In this document: piece after piece, positions 50,530-63,535 of the stretch
How positions within the stretch are numbered: position 1 is the stretch's first letter
Layout of the letters: the number at the start of each line of letters is the position of its first letter
Source of the DNA: Mobula birostris
Taxonomy: Eukaryota
Reading direction: 5' to 3'
Assembly (NCBI RefSeq): GCF_030028105.1
Contig: NC_092393.1
Coordinates: forward strand, 36,309,248 to 36,373,247
Length of the DNA: 64,000 nucleotides
Notes under the pieces: generated by a model
The model's database searches: none
Seen by the model: the letters and a program-made list of their open reading frames with translations, nothing else
What the model was told of the DNA's origin: nothing
Program-made: the position numbers and the translations under genes

Positions 50530-50800
50530 GTACAGGATGTCAGAGTTCAAAGTTCATTCCCGGAGTCCTCTGTAAGGAGTTTGTACATTCCTCCCTTGAC
50601 TGCATGGATTTCCTCCAGGAGCTCTGGCTTTCTCCCAGAGTCCAAAGACATCCCGGTTAGTATGTTAATCGGTCATTGTAAATTGCCCCGTGATTAGGTT
50701 AGGGTTAAATAAAGCCGTCAGGGGTTGCAGGGTGATGCAGCTCGAAGGGCCGGAATGGCCCATTCTGCGCTGTATCTCTAAGTAAATAAAATAAATAATT
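50530..50800 (+). mobile_element. V-SINE (HE1-like)
   Basis: gtaaggagtttgtacattcctccc...ttcctccaggagctctggctttctcccagagtccaaagac...taaataaaataaata. Confidence 0.8.
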
Positions 50801-52069
50801 AAATAGAATTTAGCCATAGAAATAAACCCTTCCCTCATTCACAGTCATACATTCTGATCATGTTTAAAGCATCTCATGCACTGTTGCAGTATCTGACAGT
50901 CCTTCCCTCTGGACTATGTTTGAATGATGATCATCATTTCCCTGGGTCTCCAACGGTACACCCATTACGCAGACCTTATGTGCTGCTTCACTTGTTTTGC
51001 CAAAGATAATTCCCGAATTGTTTAATTAAACTGATAATCTACAGATAATATGGACTCTAGTGTTTGTTGAAAATGCCAGATGTTCTGCCATGTGTTCCCT
51101 AGAAGGCTACTGAGCTGGAAAGAACAGAGGCTCCTCAGATCAGTGGAAAGAAAAATGGATCAAAAGCACTTTGTCATTGAGCAGATAGGCAATTGTTCCT
51201 TTTAACTAAACTTGTATTGGAGTGACCATTTATAGTCATTATGTATTTTATTATTCACTGAGTTGAATACTTATAATGTTATGCCTTCTATTATCTTTGG
51301 TTGCCTTATCCTTTGCCTACCTTTATGGTCCCTTGGGGTGGAAAATATTGCACTTCGACTGTCTGTTCTTACTAAATCAATAGAAGGAATCAATAAACAC
51401 TCGCAGATCTTCCCAGGCATTATGCACAGGTTGGGCAAAATCCCTACCGTAGCAGTCAAAGTGCATCAACAGTTTCCCCATCAGTCAGTGACAGCGACCT
51501 CGAGAAGCACTGTTGCTCTGGTGCAGTGGCACTTCACGCACGACCAATGCTGGAAATGCTAGCCCTGCAGGTAAACTATAGGTATGATATCTGCCTATCA
51601 CTTTATAAGAGTTTGCCTGTACTTTTTCGCTCCACACGCATTGATTAAAATAAATGGAGCAGTTACATTCGGAACAGGAGGCTGTATTAAGAGCTCAGAC
51701 ACGAGATCCAGTGCTGAAGTCTTATGGTGTATTTGTTCCACACTTCCTTCAAGTGTGACTCCCTGTGGAAGTGTGGGAGTTCTAAATTTGCCCTTTTATT
51801 TTTAGTAATTTGCATTATCAAGTATATATTTTTGCCTAGCCTCCCACAGTGGATTTGTTTGGATTGATTAAGATACAATTGCTTCATTTACTTCCCCAGA
51901 CTACTTTCCTGGTCATGCAAGTAATTAGAAAATGAAGTCTTTTCACTGTGGTTGTTATTGCACAAGGGAAAGATATATGCAAGGGAAGGATTTTGCCTTT
52001 GCGAATTCTACACTGCCAGCACTCATTTCTGATCTTTCCCCCTTATTATCACCCAGTGTATACCTTGGG

Positions 52070-55000
52070 AGACAGACAAGAGAAAATCTGCAGATGCTGG
52101 AAATCCAAGCAAAATGCTGGAGGAACTCAGCAGGCCAGGCAGAGACGAGCTGACATTTTAGGCAGAGACCCTTCATCAGAACTGGGGAAACACAAGGTTA
52201 TAGGTTAAACTGGGAGTGGAGAGGGAAGGGGTGAAGTAAAGAGCTGGGAAGTTGATTGGTGAAAGATTATAGGGCTGGAGAAGGGGGAATCTGATAGGAG
52301 AGAACAGAAGGCCATGGAAGAAAGAAAAAGGGGAAGAGCACCAGAGGGAGGTGATGGACAGGTAAAGAAATAACGTGAGAGAGGGAAATGGGAACGGGGA
52401 ATGGTGAAGGAGGGTAAAGGGCATGACCAGAAGTTTGAGAAATCAATGCTCATGCCATCAGGTTGGAGGCTACCCAGACAAAATATGTGTTGTTCCTCCA
52501 GCTTGAGTGTGGCCTCATCATGACAGTGGAGGAGGCCACAGATTGACATATTGGAATGAGAATGGGAAGTGGAATTAAGATGGGTGGCCACTGGGAGATC
52601 CTGCTTCTTCTGATGGATGGAGTGTAGGTGCTCGGTGAAGCAGTCGCCCAGTCTTCATCAGGTCTCACTGATATCACAAGACAAAGGAGCAGAAGTAGGC
52701 CATTCGGCCCAACGAGTCTACTCCGCAGCTCCCCCATGAGCTAAACTATTCACCCATCTAGTTCCAATTTCCGGCTTTTTCCCCATATCCCTTGATACCC
52801 TGACTAATTAGATACCTGTCAATCTCCTCCTTAAACACCCTCAATGATTGGGCCTCCACAGCTGTGTTTGGCAACGAATTCCACAAATCCACGACCCTCT
52901 GGCTAAAAAAGTTTCTCCTCATCTCTGTTTTAACTGGGTACCCTCTAATTCTAAGACTATGGCCTCTTGTCCTGGACTCACCCACCAAGGGAAACAACCT
53001 TTCCACATCTACTCTGTCCAACCCTTTCAACATTCGAAATCTTTCTATGAGATCCCCTCTCAATCTTCTATACTCTAATGAATACAGTCCAAGAGCCGAC
53101 AAACGCCCTGCATTCCAGGAATCATCCTCGTAAATCTTCTCTGAGCTCTCTCCAACATCAGTACATCCTTTCTAAGATAGGGGGCCCAAAACTGCACACA
53201 GTATTCCAAATGAGGTCTCACTAATGCCCCATAGAGCCTCATGAACACCTCCTTACTCTTGTACACTATTCCTCTTGAAATGAATGCCAACCGCCGATCC
53301 AACTTGTGGTTAACCTTTAGGGTATCCTGCACGAGGACCCCCAAGTCCCTTTGCACTTCTGATTTTTGAATTTTCTTCCCATCTAAATAATAATCTACCT
53401 GATTATTTCTTCTTCCAAAATGTACAACCGTACATTTGTCAACGTTGTATCTCAGCTGCCATTTCTTTGCCCACTCTCCCAAACTGACTAAGTGTCTCTG
53501 CAACCTTTCCGTTTCTTCAACATTTCCCACTCCTCCACCTATCTTGGTGTCATCCGCAAACTTAGTCAGAAAACTATTTAATCCATAATCCAAATCATCG
53601 ATATACATCATAAAAAGAAGCGGCCCCAACATCGACCCCTGCGGAACACCACTAGTAACCGGCAACCAATCAGAATAGGATCCCTTTATTCCCATCCTTT
53701 GCTTTCTGCCTATCAGGTAATGCTCCACCCATATCAATATCTTTCCTATAATTCCATGGGCTCTCATCTTATTAAGCAGCCTCATATGCGGCACCTTATC
53801 GAAGGCCTTTTGAAAATCCAAATACACAACATCCACAGCCTCTCCCTTGTCAATCTTATTCGAGATTACCTCAAAAAATTCCAATATGTTGGTGAGGCAG
53901 GATCTTCCCTTCATGAAACCATGCTGGCTTCGGCCTATCTTGTCATGCACCTCGAGGTATTTCATAACCTCGTCCTTGAGGATTGACTCCAATATCTTTC
54001 CAACTACCAATGTCAGACTAATAGATCTGTAATTTTCTTTTTGCTGCCTCCTTCCTTTCCCAAATAGCGGAACTTCATTTGCGACCTTCCAGTCCTCCGG
54101 AACCGTGCCAGAGTCTATTGATTCCTGGAAGATCATTTCCAATGCTTCCACAATCTCCAAAGCCACCTCCTTCAGAACCCTTGGGTGCACCTCAACCGGA
54201 ACAGGAGACTTATCTATTCTTAGTCCACTTAACTTCCCAAGCACTTTCTCTCTAGTAATCTTGAGTGTACCTAATTCTATTCCCTGATACCTCTGGCTAT
54301 CAGGTATATTGCTCATGTCTTCCACTGTGAAGACTGATGCAAAATACTCATTCAGTTCCTCCGCCATCTCTTTGTTATCCATTATAATTTCTCCAGCATC
54401 ATTTTCAATTGGTCCCGTATCTGCCCTTGTCACTCTTTTACTCTTCATATATTTAAAAAAACTTAGTATCCTTTTTTATGTTAATCGCCAACTTCCTTTC
54501 ATAATTAATCTTTTCTTTCCTAATGACTTCCTTAGTTTCCTCCTGTCAGTTTTTAAAAGTCTTCCAGTCCTCATTTTTCCCACTAATTTTTGCTTCCTTT
54601 TACGCCATTTCTTTTGCTTTTATTTTTGCCTTAACCTCTCTCGTTAGCCACATTTGTGCCATTTTTCCATTCATGATTTTCTTTTTTCTTGGAATATATT
54701 TTTCCTGCATTTTCCTTATTTCTTGTAGGAATTTCATCCAATTCTGCTCTGCCGTCCCTCCATTTAGCTTACTTTTCCAATCGACTTGGGCCAGTTCCTC
54801 TCTCTTACCACTGTAATTTCCCCTGTTCCACTGAAATATCGATACACCTGATACCAGCTTCTCCTTTTCAAATTTGAAAGTGAACTCAATCATATTATGA
54901 TCACTACTTCCAAGGGGTTCCTTTACCTCCAGCTCCCTAATCGCCTCGTTACACAGCACCCAATCCAAAACAGCCGGTCCCCTGGTGGGCTTCTGGACAA

Positions 55001-55605
55001 GCTGCTCCAAAAAGCCATCCTGTAGGCATTCTACAAACTCCCTCTCCTGAGATCCATTACCTTCCTGACTTTCCCAATCCACTTTCATATTAAAATCCCC
55101 CATAATTATCTTGACATTTTCCTTCTGACATGCTTTTTCTGTTTCCAGCTGCAACTTGTAGTCACATCCCGGCTGCTGTTTGGAGGCCTGTATATAACTG
55201 TTATTAGTGTCTTTTTACCCTTGCCATTTCTTAATTCTACCCATAAGGATTCTACCTCTTCTGATCCTATGTCCCTTCTTTCTATTGATTTGATATCGTT
55301 ACTTACCATCAGGGCCACGCCACCTCCTTTACCTACCTTCCTATCTTTCCTATACACTGTGTATCCTTGGATATTCAGCTCCCAATCATATCCATCATTT
55401 AGCCATGACTCGGTGATGGCCACAATGTCATACCTTTTAACCTGCAGCTGTGCAGCAAAGTCATCCACTTTATTTCTAATGCTGCGTATACAGGAGGTCA
55501 CATCGGGAGCACCAGATAGAGTAGATGACCCGAACACACTCACAGGTGAAGCATTGCTTCATCTGGAAGGACTGTTTGGGGCCCTAAATGGTAGTGAGGT
55601 GTCTT
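52070..55605 (-). mobile_element. Penelope-like element (pLTR + GIY-YIG) split by a CR1 insertion; parts 52070-52674 and 55488-55605
   Basis: ATHLNSTSHSHSNMSICGLLHCHDEATLKLEEQH (52205..52591); GIY-YIG segment resumes at 55488 (caggaggtcacatcgggagcacc). Confidence 0.8.
52675..55487 (-). mobile_element. Young CR1 LINE, ORF2 nearly intact (EN + RT), 5'-truncated
   Basis: ORFs 55106..55543 (ITESWL, YRKDR, IYRPP), 54600..55154 (GDFN, SDH) and 53075..54448 (YLDFQKAFDKVPH, GVPQGS.LGP, FADD). Confidence 0.93.
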
Positions 55606-55617
55606 AGTTAAACAAGA

Positions 55618-55813
55618 GATTCAGATTCAGACACACGGTGAAATGTATCGTTTGTATTAAAAACCAACGCAACCTAAGGATGTGCTGGGGCCAACCCTCA
55701 AGTGTTGCCACGTATTCTAGTGCCAACGTAGCATGCCCACGCAGCTCAGCGGAACAATGCACAGCACGGCAAAACAGAACACAACAAGCAACAAAACAAA
55801 CAACAACAGCAAA

Positions 55814-55855
<42 letters not shown>

Positions 55856-56075
55856 CCCCAATCCCAATCTCAACCCCAACCCCAACCCCAACCCAGGACA
55901 GGTTGACTCTGGACTCCAGCCTCCAGTGGACTCATGCACTTGCAGACACTGGGCCTCAACTTTCCAGTGGACTCGGGGCTCTGGCTCAGAGAGGAGATGT
56001 AGAGTCTCATGATGGAGACTTGTACTGTATCTCCTCCGTTCATTTGCAGAGTTCACACCATCATTTGCCAAGTGA
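55618..56075 (-). mobile_element. Non-autonomous element of the same family as 38405-39128, containing (CA)n and (AACCCC)n
   Basis: gattcagattcag tail; reverse-complement similarity to 38940-39125. Confidence 0.6.
55815..55895. repeat. (CA)n microsatellite followed by (AACCCC/AATCCC)n hexamers
   Basis: cacacacaca...aaccccaatcccaatctcaaccccaaccccaacccc. Confidence 0.9.
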
Positions 56076-56435
56076 TGTGACCTCCTATGTTGCTCTAGGC
56101 TTTTTGGTTGCAGAAGGATTTTGGCTTTGCACCTTACTATCCTGGACTCTTGGAGATATAAGAGAATAGTGTAGATTGTAATAACACTTCATAAAACATG
56201 GCCATGTCTGCTGTTCTGTCCAATTGCCAGACTATATTTTCTCCCTGTGATAAAATACCTATCTTGCATTGATGCTTTATAAGGCAGGAGTTTCTGGATT
56301 TGGACATGGTCAGCATTACAGGATTAATATCCCATCTCTAACTGCTCTACAGAATAGGAACAAAAGACCTGTCACAGATCCAACCTGACTGATGTATCCT
56401 TATGGACTTAGGTATTGATGGTCAACCCTGCTAAC

Positions 56436-57240
56436 CTAAACACAAAAGATTCTGCAGATGCTGGGAATCCAGAACAATACACACAAAATGCTGGAGGAAA
56501 TCAGCATGAATGGAGAGGACCAAACAGTTAACATTTTGGGCCAAGACCTTTTATCAGGACTGGAAAGGAAAGGGAAAGAAGTCAGAAGAAGAAGGTGGAG
56601 GGAGAAGAAGCCTAATTCTTCCCTCCATCCAACCATCTTCCCCCTCACCTGATCTCACCTATTATTGCCAGTTTGTACTCCTTCCCCTGCCCACCCGCCC
56701 CCCACTTTAACAATGACAATGGCAGGGCACAATTCTAAAATGGGTGCAAAAAGATTAAATAGCAGCTGGTATCTGGGTTCTACAAATAAAGCCCAAGAGC
56801 ATATGAGCATTGAAGTCATAATGAAGCAGAAAAACAAGCTGTTGGATGAACTCAGCAGTTCAGAACATCTGTGAAGAGAAAACGGGGCAGTAGACATTTT
56901 AGATTGGGACCCTTCAACTGGAGTAGAGGTGAAAGAGTACCCAAAGGGGAAGGGGAGAAATGGGGAAAAAGCAGGAAAATAACAGGTGGATCCAGCTGAT
57001 GAGGGATTGGTTGGTAGATGGAGTCAGGTAGAGGAAGGAAGGGTGCAGGTAGCAATAGAAGCTAAGAGGTGATAGGGGAAGACGACAAAGGGCCACCAGT
57101 TTTGGAATCCTGAAAGGAAGGAAGGCTAAGAATGGATCCAAATAAAGAAAGGTTGGAGGGAAGATAGGAACAATGAGGGGGAGGGGAGTTGTGGAGAGAG
57201 AAACTGATAGGGGGCTAGAGAGGGCAATGTTTAGGAAGAA
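56436..57240 (-). mobile_element. Two Penelope pseudo-LTR fragments with hammerhead remnants (56524-56562, ~56888-56920)
   Basis: gattctgcagatgctggg...cagttaacattttgggccaagaccttttatcaggactg. Confidence 0.7.
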
Positions 57241-57257
57241 AGGGGTGTCTGCAAGAG

Positions 57258-57523
57258 GACCATGGCAGCGTAGCGGATAGGGCGACGCTATTACAGCGCG
57301 GAGCCTTCCAGAGTTTGGAGCATGATTCCAGTGCCGTTCTGGAAAGTTTCTGTACGTCCTCCCTGTGGAATGAGTGGGTTTTCCCCAGGTGCTCCATTTC
57401 TTCTCATGGTCCAAAGACGTACAGGTTAGGTTAATTGGTCCTGTGATTAGCCTAAGGTTAATCGGGATGGTGGGGTTGCTGGAATGGCGTGGCTCCGCAC
57501 TTTATCGCTAAATAAATAAATAA
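57258..57523 (+). mobile_element. V-SINE (HE1-like)
   Basis: ggcagcgtagcggatagggcgacgct...gggttttccccaggtgctccatttcttctcatggtccaaagacgtac...aaataaataaataa. Confidence 0.8.
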
Positions 57524-57539
57524 GTCAGAAGAAGGATAG

Positions 57540-58100
57540 GATAGAGGGTGAAATGGTTACCAGAAATACAATGAATCTTTATAAAATATTGGTTCAGCCA
57601 CAGTTACAGTATTGTGTGCAGCTCTGTGCACCCCACTTTAGGAAAGCTGAAAATGCTTTGAAGAATGCATAGAGGGGATTTATGGAAATGACTCCTAGGA
57701 TGAGGGATTTTGTTTATGTGGTCACACGAGAGAAGCTGGAGTTGTTCTTCTTGCAACAGAGAAGGCTGCAATGAAGTGAAACTGAAATATTTAAGGTCAT
57801 AAAGGATAGAAATTGAGGAACTGTTCCCATTGGTAGAGGGATCAAATACTTGGGGTTTTGAAATGAGGCGAGTGGCAAAAAAAATGGAAAGTGTGACACT
57901 GACAAGCTTCCGGGTCTAAAAAATGTGGCTGATGGTAGAAGTGAATGCAGGTTTATTTGGAACATTTAATAGGGATTTGGTTAAATCTGTGAATCTTGCA
58001 AGGTTGTAAGGAGAGCAGGATTGTTTGACATAAAGCCAGTCCTGAATTAGTTGGCCAAGAGGCAATACTGCACTGAGCCAAAGCCATTGACCTCTATAAC
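57540..58100 (+). mobile_element. Old CR1 3' fragment
   Basis: ctttataaaatattggttcagccacagttacagtattgtgtgcagctctg (LYK.LV.P.L.YCVQ). Confidence 0.65.
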
Positions 58101-60644
58101 CTTTTATCTCAGCATATGTGACTTTGATTTATCTTTCATATTTTGGCCCTTTTTCTGTTTATTCCCATTTCTCTTCTCATTGTATACAATTTAATATCAA
58201 TTTTGCTTCGTGCTTTTTGGCCATGTTGCCTTACGTTTTGGTATGATATCTTCCTGCCTGCTTTAATGCAAGTTCTCAGAATATCCTTCCATCCACTCTG
58301 CTTAGGATAATGACGTTGCCTTTATTTATTACAACCTTTTTGCTTTGAAATGGGTTGAAGTAGTTTCCAATAAAGTGTAAAAAGAGCTAAATGGGCAGAG
58401 ATTAACGATTCTGCCAGAGTGGTAATTAGAAATGGTAAAATTAGATCAGCCTGCACTGTGGAAGTTTTACAAGAGACAAAACGTAAGAGCTTGTTTCACA
58501 GTGCCCAATTGCAGCATCTGCTATAACTTTTCCTGCTGTGCTAGGTTAGATGGTTAGTTGATTTTCACTCAATGCTTGATGAAATAGCTCCCCATAACAA
58601 GTTAATACATTTGTCTACTTTACTTGAATTAGCAATGGAACAAAACAGCAATTGCCACAAGCCAAAATGCATTAAGGTAAATGCAGGTAATTATATATTT
58701 TAAACTTATAGGTTCTGGTCCAGCAAATTCAAGTTTGCTTTGATGGCAGTTGCTCAATTGAAACGTTGTTCTTAGCCTCCCTCCTTTAGTCCCACCAACC
58801 CTGGCAATAATTTTAAGTTTCCCAAAGGATGTGTATTATTTATAATTGTCTTCTTGTTTCATATCCAATAAGAGAATCTCTCCTTTAAAATGATGTTCCT
58901 TCAACATAAATTGAATCTTGTTATCTCAGTTCAAAAGCCTATGTTCTCCATTTTGATTTTGGTGCGCTAGCTTTAAAGTACAAATTCTGAAGACAATCTC
59001 AAACTTGTTTCGCCCTCAGACCCACTTTGTCATGAAATTCAAGCTTCCTCCTTGAATTAGTCAATTATCTTTCATTTCTAGCTAACGTAGTGAAGTGCTG
59101 ATGTTCCGACTGAATTACCATGCTTCACATTTTTAGGTGTTTAAAGTGAACATACTGAGCCAGGTAATACGTAACTTCTACCAGAAGTTCAACAGCTCTT
59201 CTTTATTGTTCAGCTCATCTCAGATTCCATACTGCCATGTTGAATCGTGGAAAGTCCACACGCTTTCAGCAACCCAAAACAATTGACTGTAGACTGGTGG
59301 ATATTGCAGGTGGTAAATTTAGAATTCAGAATGATCCATCGCATTGTCACTTCCACAGAAATACTGTTTGTAAAAATATTCCTATCTATATCTTTCTGGA
59401 CTTTGAGGTTATAATCAGAGTTAACTTAACTCCTGAAGTTTCATTGGTCTAGAAATTGTAGCTAGTAGCAAGTGATCAGGTTCATCATGCTTATGAATAC
59501 AGAAAGCCAGTGTCAGCTAACAGTCTCACTTCTGAATTAGGTGTTTGTGAATGTGAATCCCAATCAAGAGTGTGAGCATACCTAACTTAAAAGGGAACAT
59601 AGCCCTGTTCAATATGCTGAGTTTCAGGTGAGGGAGTGCAGCTGCCACAGAGGTTTGCATTTGCTTTATCAGTGAAAGTAGAACATCCATGCCAGGAGCA
59701 AGGGTGAATATTTACCACACAACCAACACCTAAGACTAATTATCAGAATTTTTTTTATTGCCATCTTTTGGAGAATGAATAAAACCACAATTGCTCTTTG
59801 ATTAAGTGGAAAGTGCACTGGTTATGAAATGTGCTAGGGCAGCATTGTTCATTTTGCCATTTCACTCTCTTTAGTAAGTACTTCCAAGAGCACCTTTTAC
59901 AAACTCTGCCTTACGTTCTGGCCCGAGAAAGTCTTGGAGGGGGGAATGCATCTTTTGTCAATGACACCAAGCGTGCGTGATGGCATTAGCCATTAGCTGT
60001 ATTCCGCTCTGCGCATTCAGATGCACTGAAGTTACTGGCAGCTGGAACATTGTGGATGGTTTTGTTTTCTCTCAGCTGTCACGGCAGCACTCAGTTTGAA
60101 TTCTGAACAGCATCATGTCGGTAGAAGGAAAATTAAACTATCCAATCTGCTAAGCAGTCTGCGACTCAAATTCCGAACTGTAGAGTGAAAGAGATAAACA
60201 CCTCCAAAGACTGATTGTAACAATCAGGATTTACGCGACATGAGTCCTTTGTTTGCAAACGGTACTCGAGTGATGGTCGACAAAATACCAAAACTGACAG
60301 CGGAGGACTTTTTAAAGTGAAGAAAATAAATTAAACTAAACAATTCAGGAAGGTCAAAAATTGCTGTGAGATTTTCTACTGCTGTAAAACTTTGCAGAGT
60401 AGTTTCTGGTTAGCAATAGTAACAAATTTTGCGGTTGTCTAATAGGAGTCTGTGATTTTAAAACTGAAGATGCTTGAAAAGGTCAGCAGAACATAAGAAC
60501 TACAAGCAGGAGTGGACTATTTAGACTCCTATACCTACTCTACCACTAAATAACTGCACTGCTCATATTTTACCTCAGTGCCACTTTCCTGTACTGATCC
60601 CATAGGCTGATTCCTTTAATATCTGAAAATCTATTGATCTGTCT

Positions 60645-63085
60645 CACACAGATTCTAATAAAACATTGGATCTCTTATATGCAAATATTAACGATGTCTA
60701 CATCTCTAAAGCACTCCCCCCATTTGGAAGATCAGATCACAGTCTGGTTCACCTCATTCCCTTGTAAAAGCCCAAAGTACTGCAAAATCCAGCTACCACC
60801 AGGATAGTAAAGAAATTGTTTCCAGAGGCCACCGAGGCCTTGAAGGGCTGCTTTGAGGTTACTGGCTAGAATATGCTTTGTGAACCATATGGGGAGGACA
60901 TTAACAGACTTACTGTTTGCATCACTGGCTACATCAACTTCTGTGGTGGACACTGTAATACAAGGACTGTTCACTGCTTCCCTTACAACAAACCATGGGT
61001 CACCAGTGATCTAAAAGCTCTTCTCAACCACAAAAAAGAGACCCTTTAGATCAGGAGGCAGTTCAGAGGGAGCTAAAGGAGAAGATGAAGGTGGCTAAAG
61101 AGGAATACAGGAGAGAGCTGGAGAACAAGTTTGGGCAGAGTGGCACACGGAAGGTGTGGAGAGGCATGAAGAACATCACTGGCTTCAATCAGCCTCACTG
61201 TAGAGCCTCGCAATGCAGCCATGAATGGGCTAATGAGTTAACCCAATTGTTCAATAGGTTTGACCATTGCCCTCCTGTCCACACCCCCCTCAGCACACCA
61301 GTCCATGTGCCGAGGCACCCAATGCTCCCTCAGCACCAACACCTCCCCTCCACCCTCCTCCCCTCTCCAGCTCAACATGTGGATGAACAACACAGGCTAC
61401 CACTTTCTACATCCCCTCCTTGCCTTGCACCTACTATCCACAACTCCACATACCAACTGCTATCGTCTTGATCTTCACCTCCCTCAGCCCCCACCTTGCA
61501 CCAACTTCCCAGACATCACCGACTCACCTTCACTACCGAGCCGGTGAGAAGGGCTCTGGCGAAACTCAGACTGAGATTGAGCATTGAGATCAGAAGGTGT
61601 GAACCCCAAGCTCCTGAAGGAGTGTGCTGAGCAGCTGTGCGGAGTTCTCCAGCATATTTTCAATTTGAGTCTCAGCCTGGAAAGGGTGATGACTGTGTGG
61701 AAACCATCGTATGTGGTCCCAGTACCCAAGAAGGGACAACTGAAAGTCTTGAGTAACTACCGTCCAGTGGCCCTGACCTCACACATCATGAAGACCTGAG
61801 AGAGGCTGGTCCTAGCTCACCTCCGACCCTTGGTCAGATCAGCACTCAATCCGCTGCAGTTTGCCTTCCAGGAGCACATTGGAGTCGATGATGCTATCAT
61901 CTATCTGCCGAACAAAGCCTACTCCTATTTGGATAAGCAGGGCAGCACTGTGAGGGTCATGTTGTTGATTCTTAAGTGCCTTCAATACCATACAGCCCTC
62001 ATTGCTGGGGGGAAAACTCCATTCAATGCAGGTTGGCACTTCCATTTTATCCTGGATAATGGACTACCTGACTGGCAGACCACAGCTTTTGTGGCTTCAG
62101 AGTTGTGTGTCAGACATGGCTATAAGCAGCACTGGGGCCCCACAGGACTGCACTGGCTCTCTTCTTGTTTACCCTGTATACCCCGGACTTTAGATACAAC
62201 ACTGAGTCATGTTGTCTGCAGAAATTATCTGATGACTCAGCAATAGTTGGGTGTATAAAGGGAGGATGGGAGGATGAATACAGGGCCCTGGTGGAGGACT
62301 TTGTCAAATGGTGCAAGCTGAATCATCTGCAGTTCATCATCTGTAAGACAGAGGAGATGGTGATGGAGTTTAGGAAGACTAAGCCTGCACTGCTCCCTGT
62401 TACTATTGATGGTGAGGATGTGGATGTGGTGAGGACCTACAAGTACCTGGGGGTGCATCTGGATGACAGACTTGAGTGGAGCATCAACACAGAGGCTGTG
62501 TACAAGAAGGGCCAGAGTCGCCTCAATTTCCTGAGGAGACTGAGGTCCTTTGGAGTATGCAGTCCTCTCCTTCACATGTTCTACCAGTCTGTTGTTGCCA
62601 GAACAATCTTCTATGTGGTGGTGTGCTAGGGAAATGGCATCAACACAGGTGATACCAACAGACTTAATAAACTGATTAGAAAGGCTGGCTCTGTTGAGAG
62701 TCAAGCTGGACACGTTGGAGGCTGTGATAGAACAAAGAACTCTACGGAAAATGCTGGCAATTCTGGGCAATGTTTCTCACCCTCTACATGCCACCTTGAC
62801 TGAACAGAGGAGCACTTTTAGTCATAGACTAGGACAACAGCATTGCTCCAAAGAGTGCTGTATGAGGTCATTCTTACCCTTGGCCATTAGGCTTTATAAT
62901 GAGTCAACCAGGGAAGTGATGACCCCCTCCTATTAAACTGTTTGAGGTAAGTTTTTAAAAATTTTTTCTTACTTCACTCCTAGCATTTGTATATTTATAT
63001 ATCTGCATTTGTAATGCTATTGTGACACTGTAAGTTCCTTTGGGATCAATAAAGTATCTATCATTCCATCCATCTATCTATCAAC
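60645..63085 (+). mobile_element. Rex1/Babar LINE (EN end + RT), decayed, inserted in an old minus-strand CR1 (60490-60640 and 63090-63530)
   Basis: GRSDH, KPWVT, LLKECAEQL..V.QHIFNLSL, YRPVALTSHIMK, KLSDD, YKYLG, SHPLH; tail gatcaataaagtatctatc. Confidence 0.88.
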
Positions 63086-63535
63086 TAAACATCCATAGCC
63101 CACTTAAGTAGTATATTCCAAAGTTCTCTAGTGTTCTGGGTGAAGGTATTTCCTCTTAGGTCGGATCCTTATTCTAGGACTGTAATATTTGATTCTAAAC
63201 ATCCCATCCAAGGGACTCATTGTAATTGTATCCAACCTGTCAAACTCCTTAAGAATTATGTACATTTTAAAGGGATTATCTCTCGTTCTACTAAACACCA
63301 GAGACTATAAAGCCAGTTTCCTTAATCTCTTTTCATATGACAAATTTACCATCCCAGACATCAATCCAGTGAGCCTTTGCTGAGCTCCCTTAGTTGCAAG
63401 AATTTTCTTTCTTTGGTAGGAAGACCAGACCTTTACACAATATTCCAGCTGAGATCTCATCAGGTCTCTTTATAATTGGAGCAAGATACCTCCATTCTTA
63501 TGCTCAAATCCTCCTTCAATAAAAGCCAGTATATA

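Noticed and set aside
55854-55895. Interstitial telomeric repeat
   Set aside because: The units are AACCCC/AATCCC rather than TAACCC, the run is short, and it grows out of a microsatellite within a repeat.
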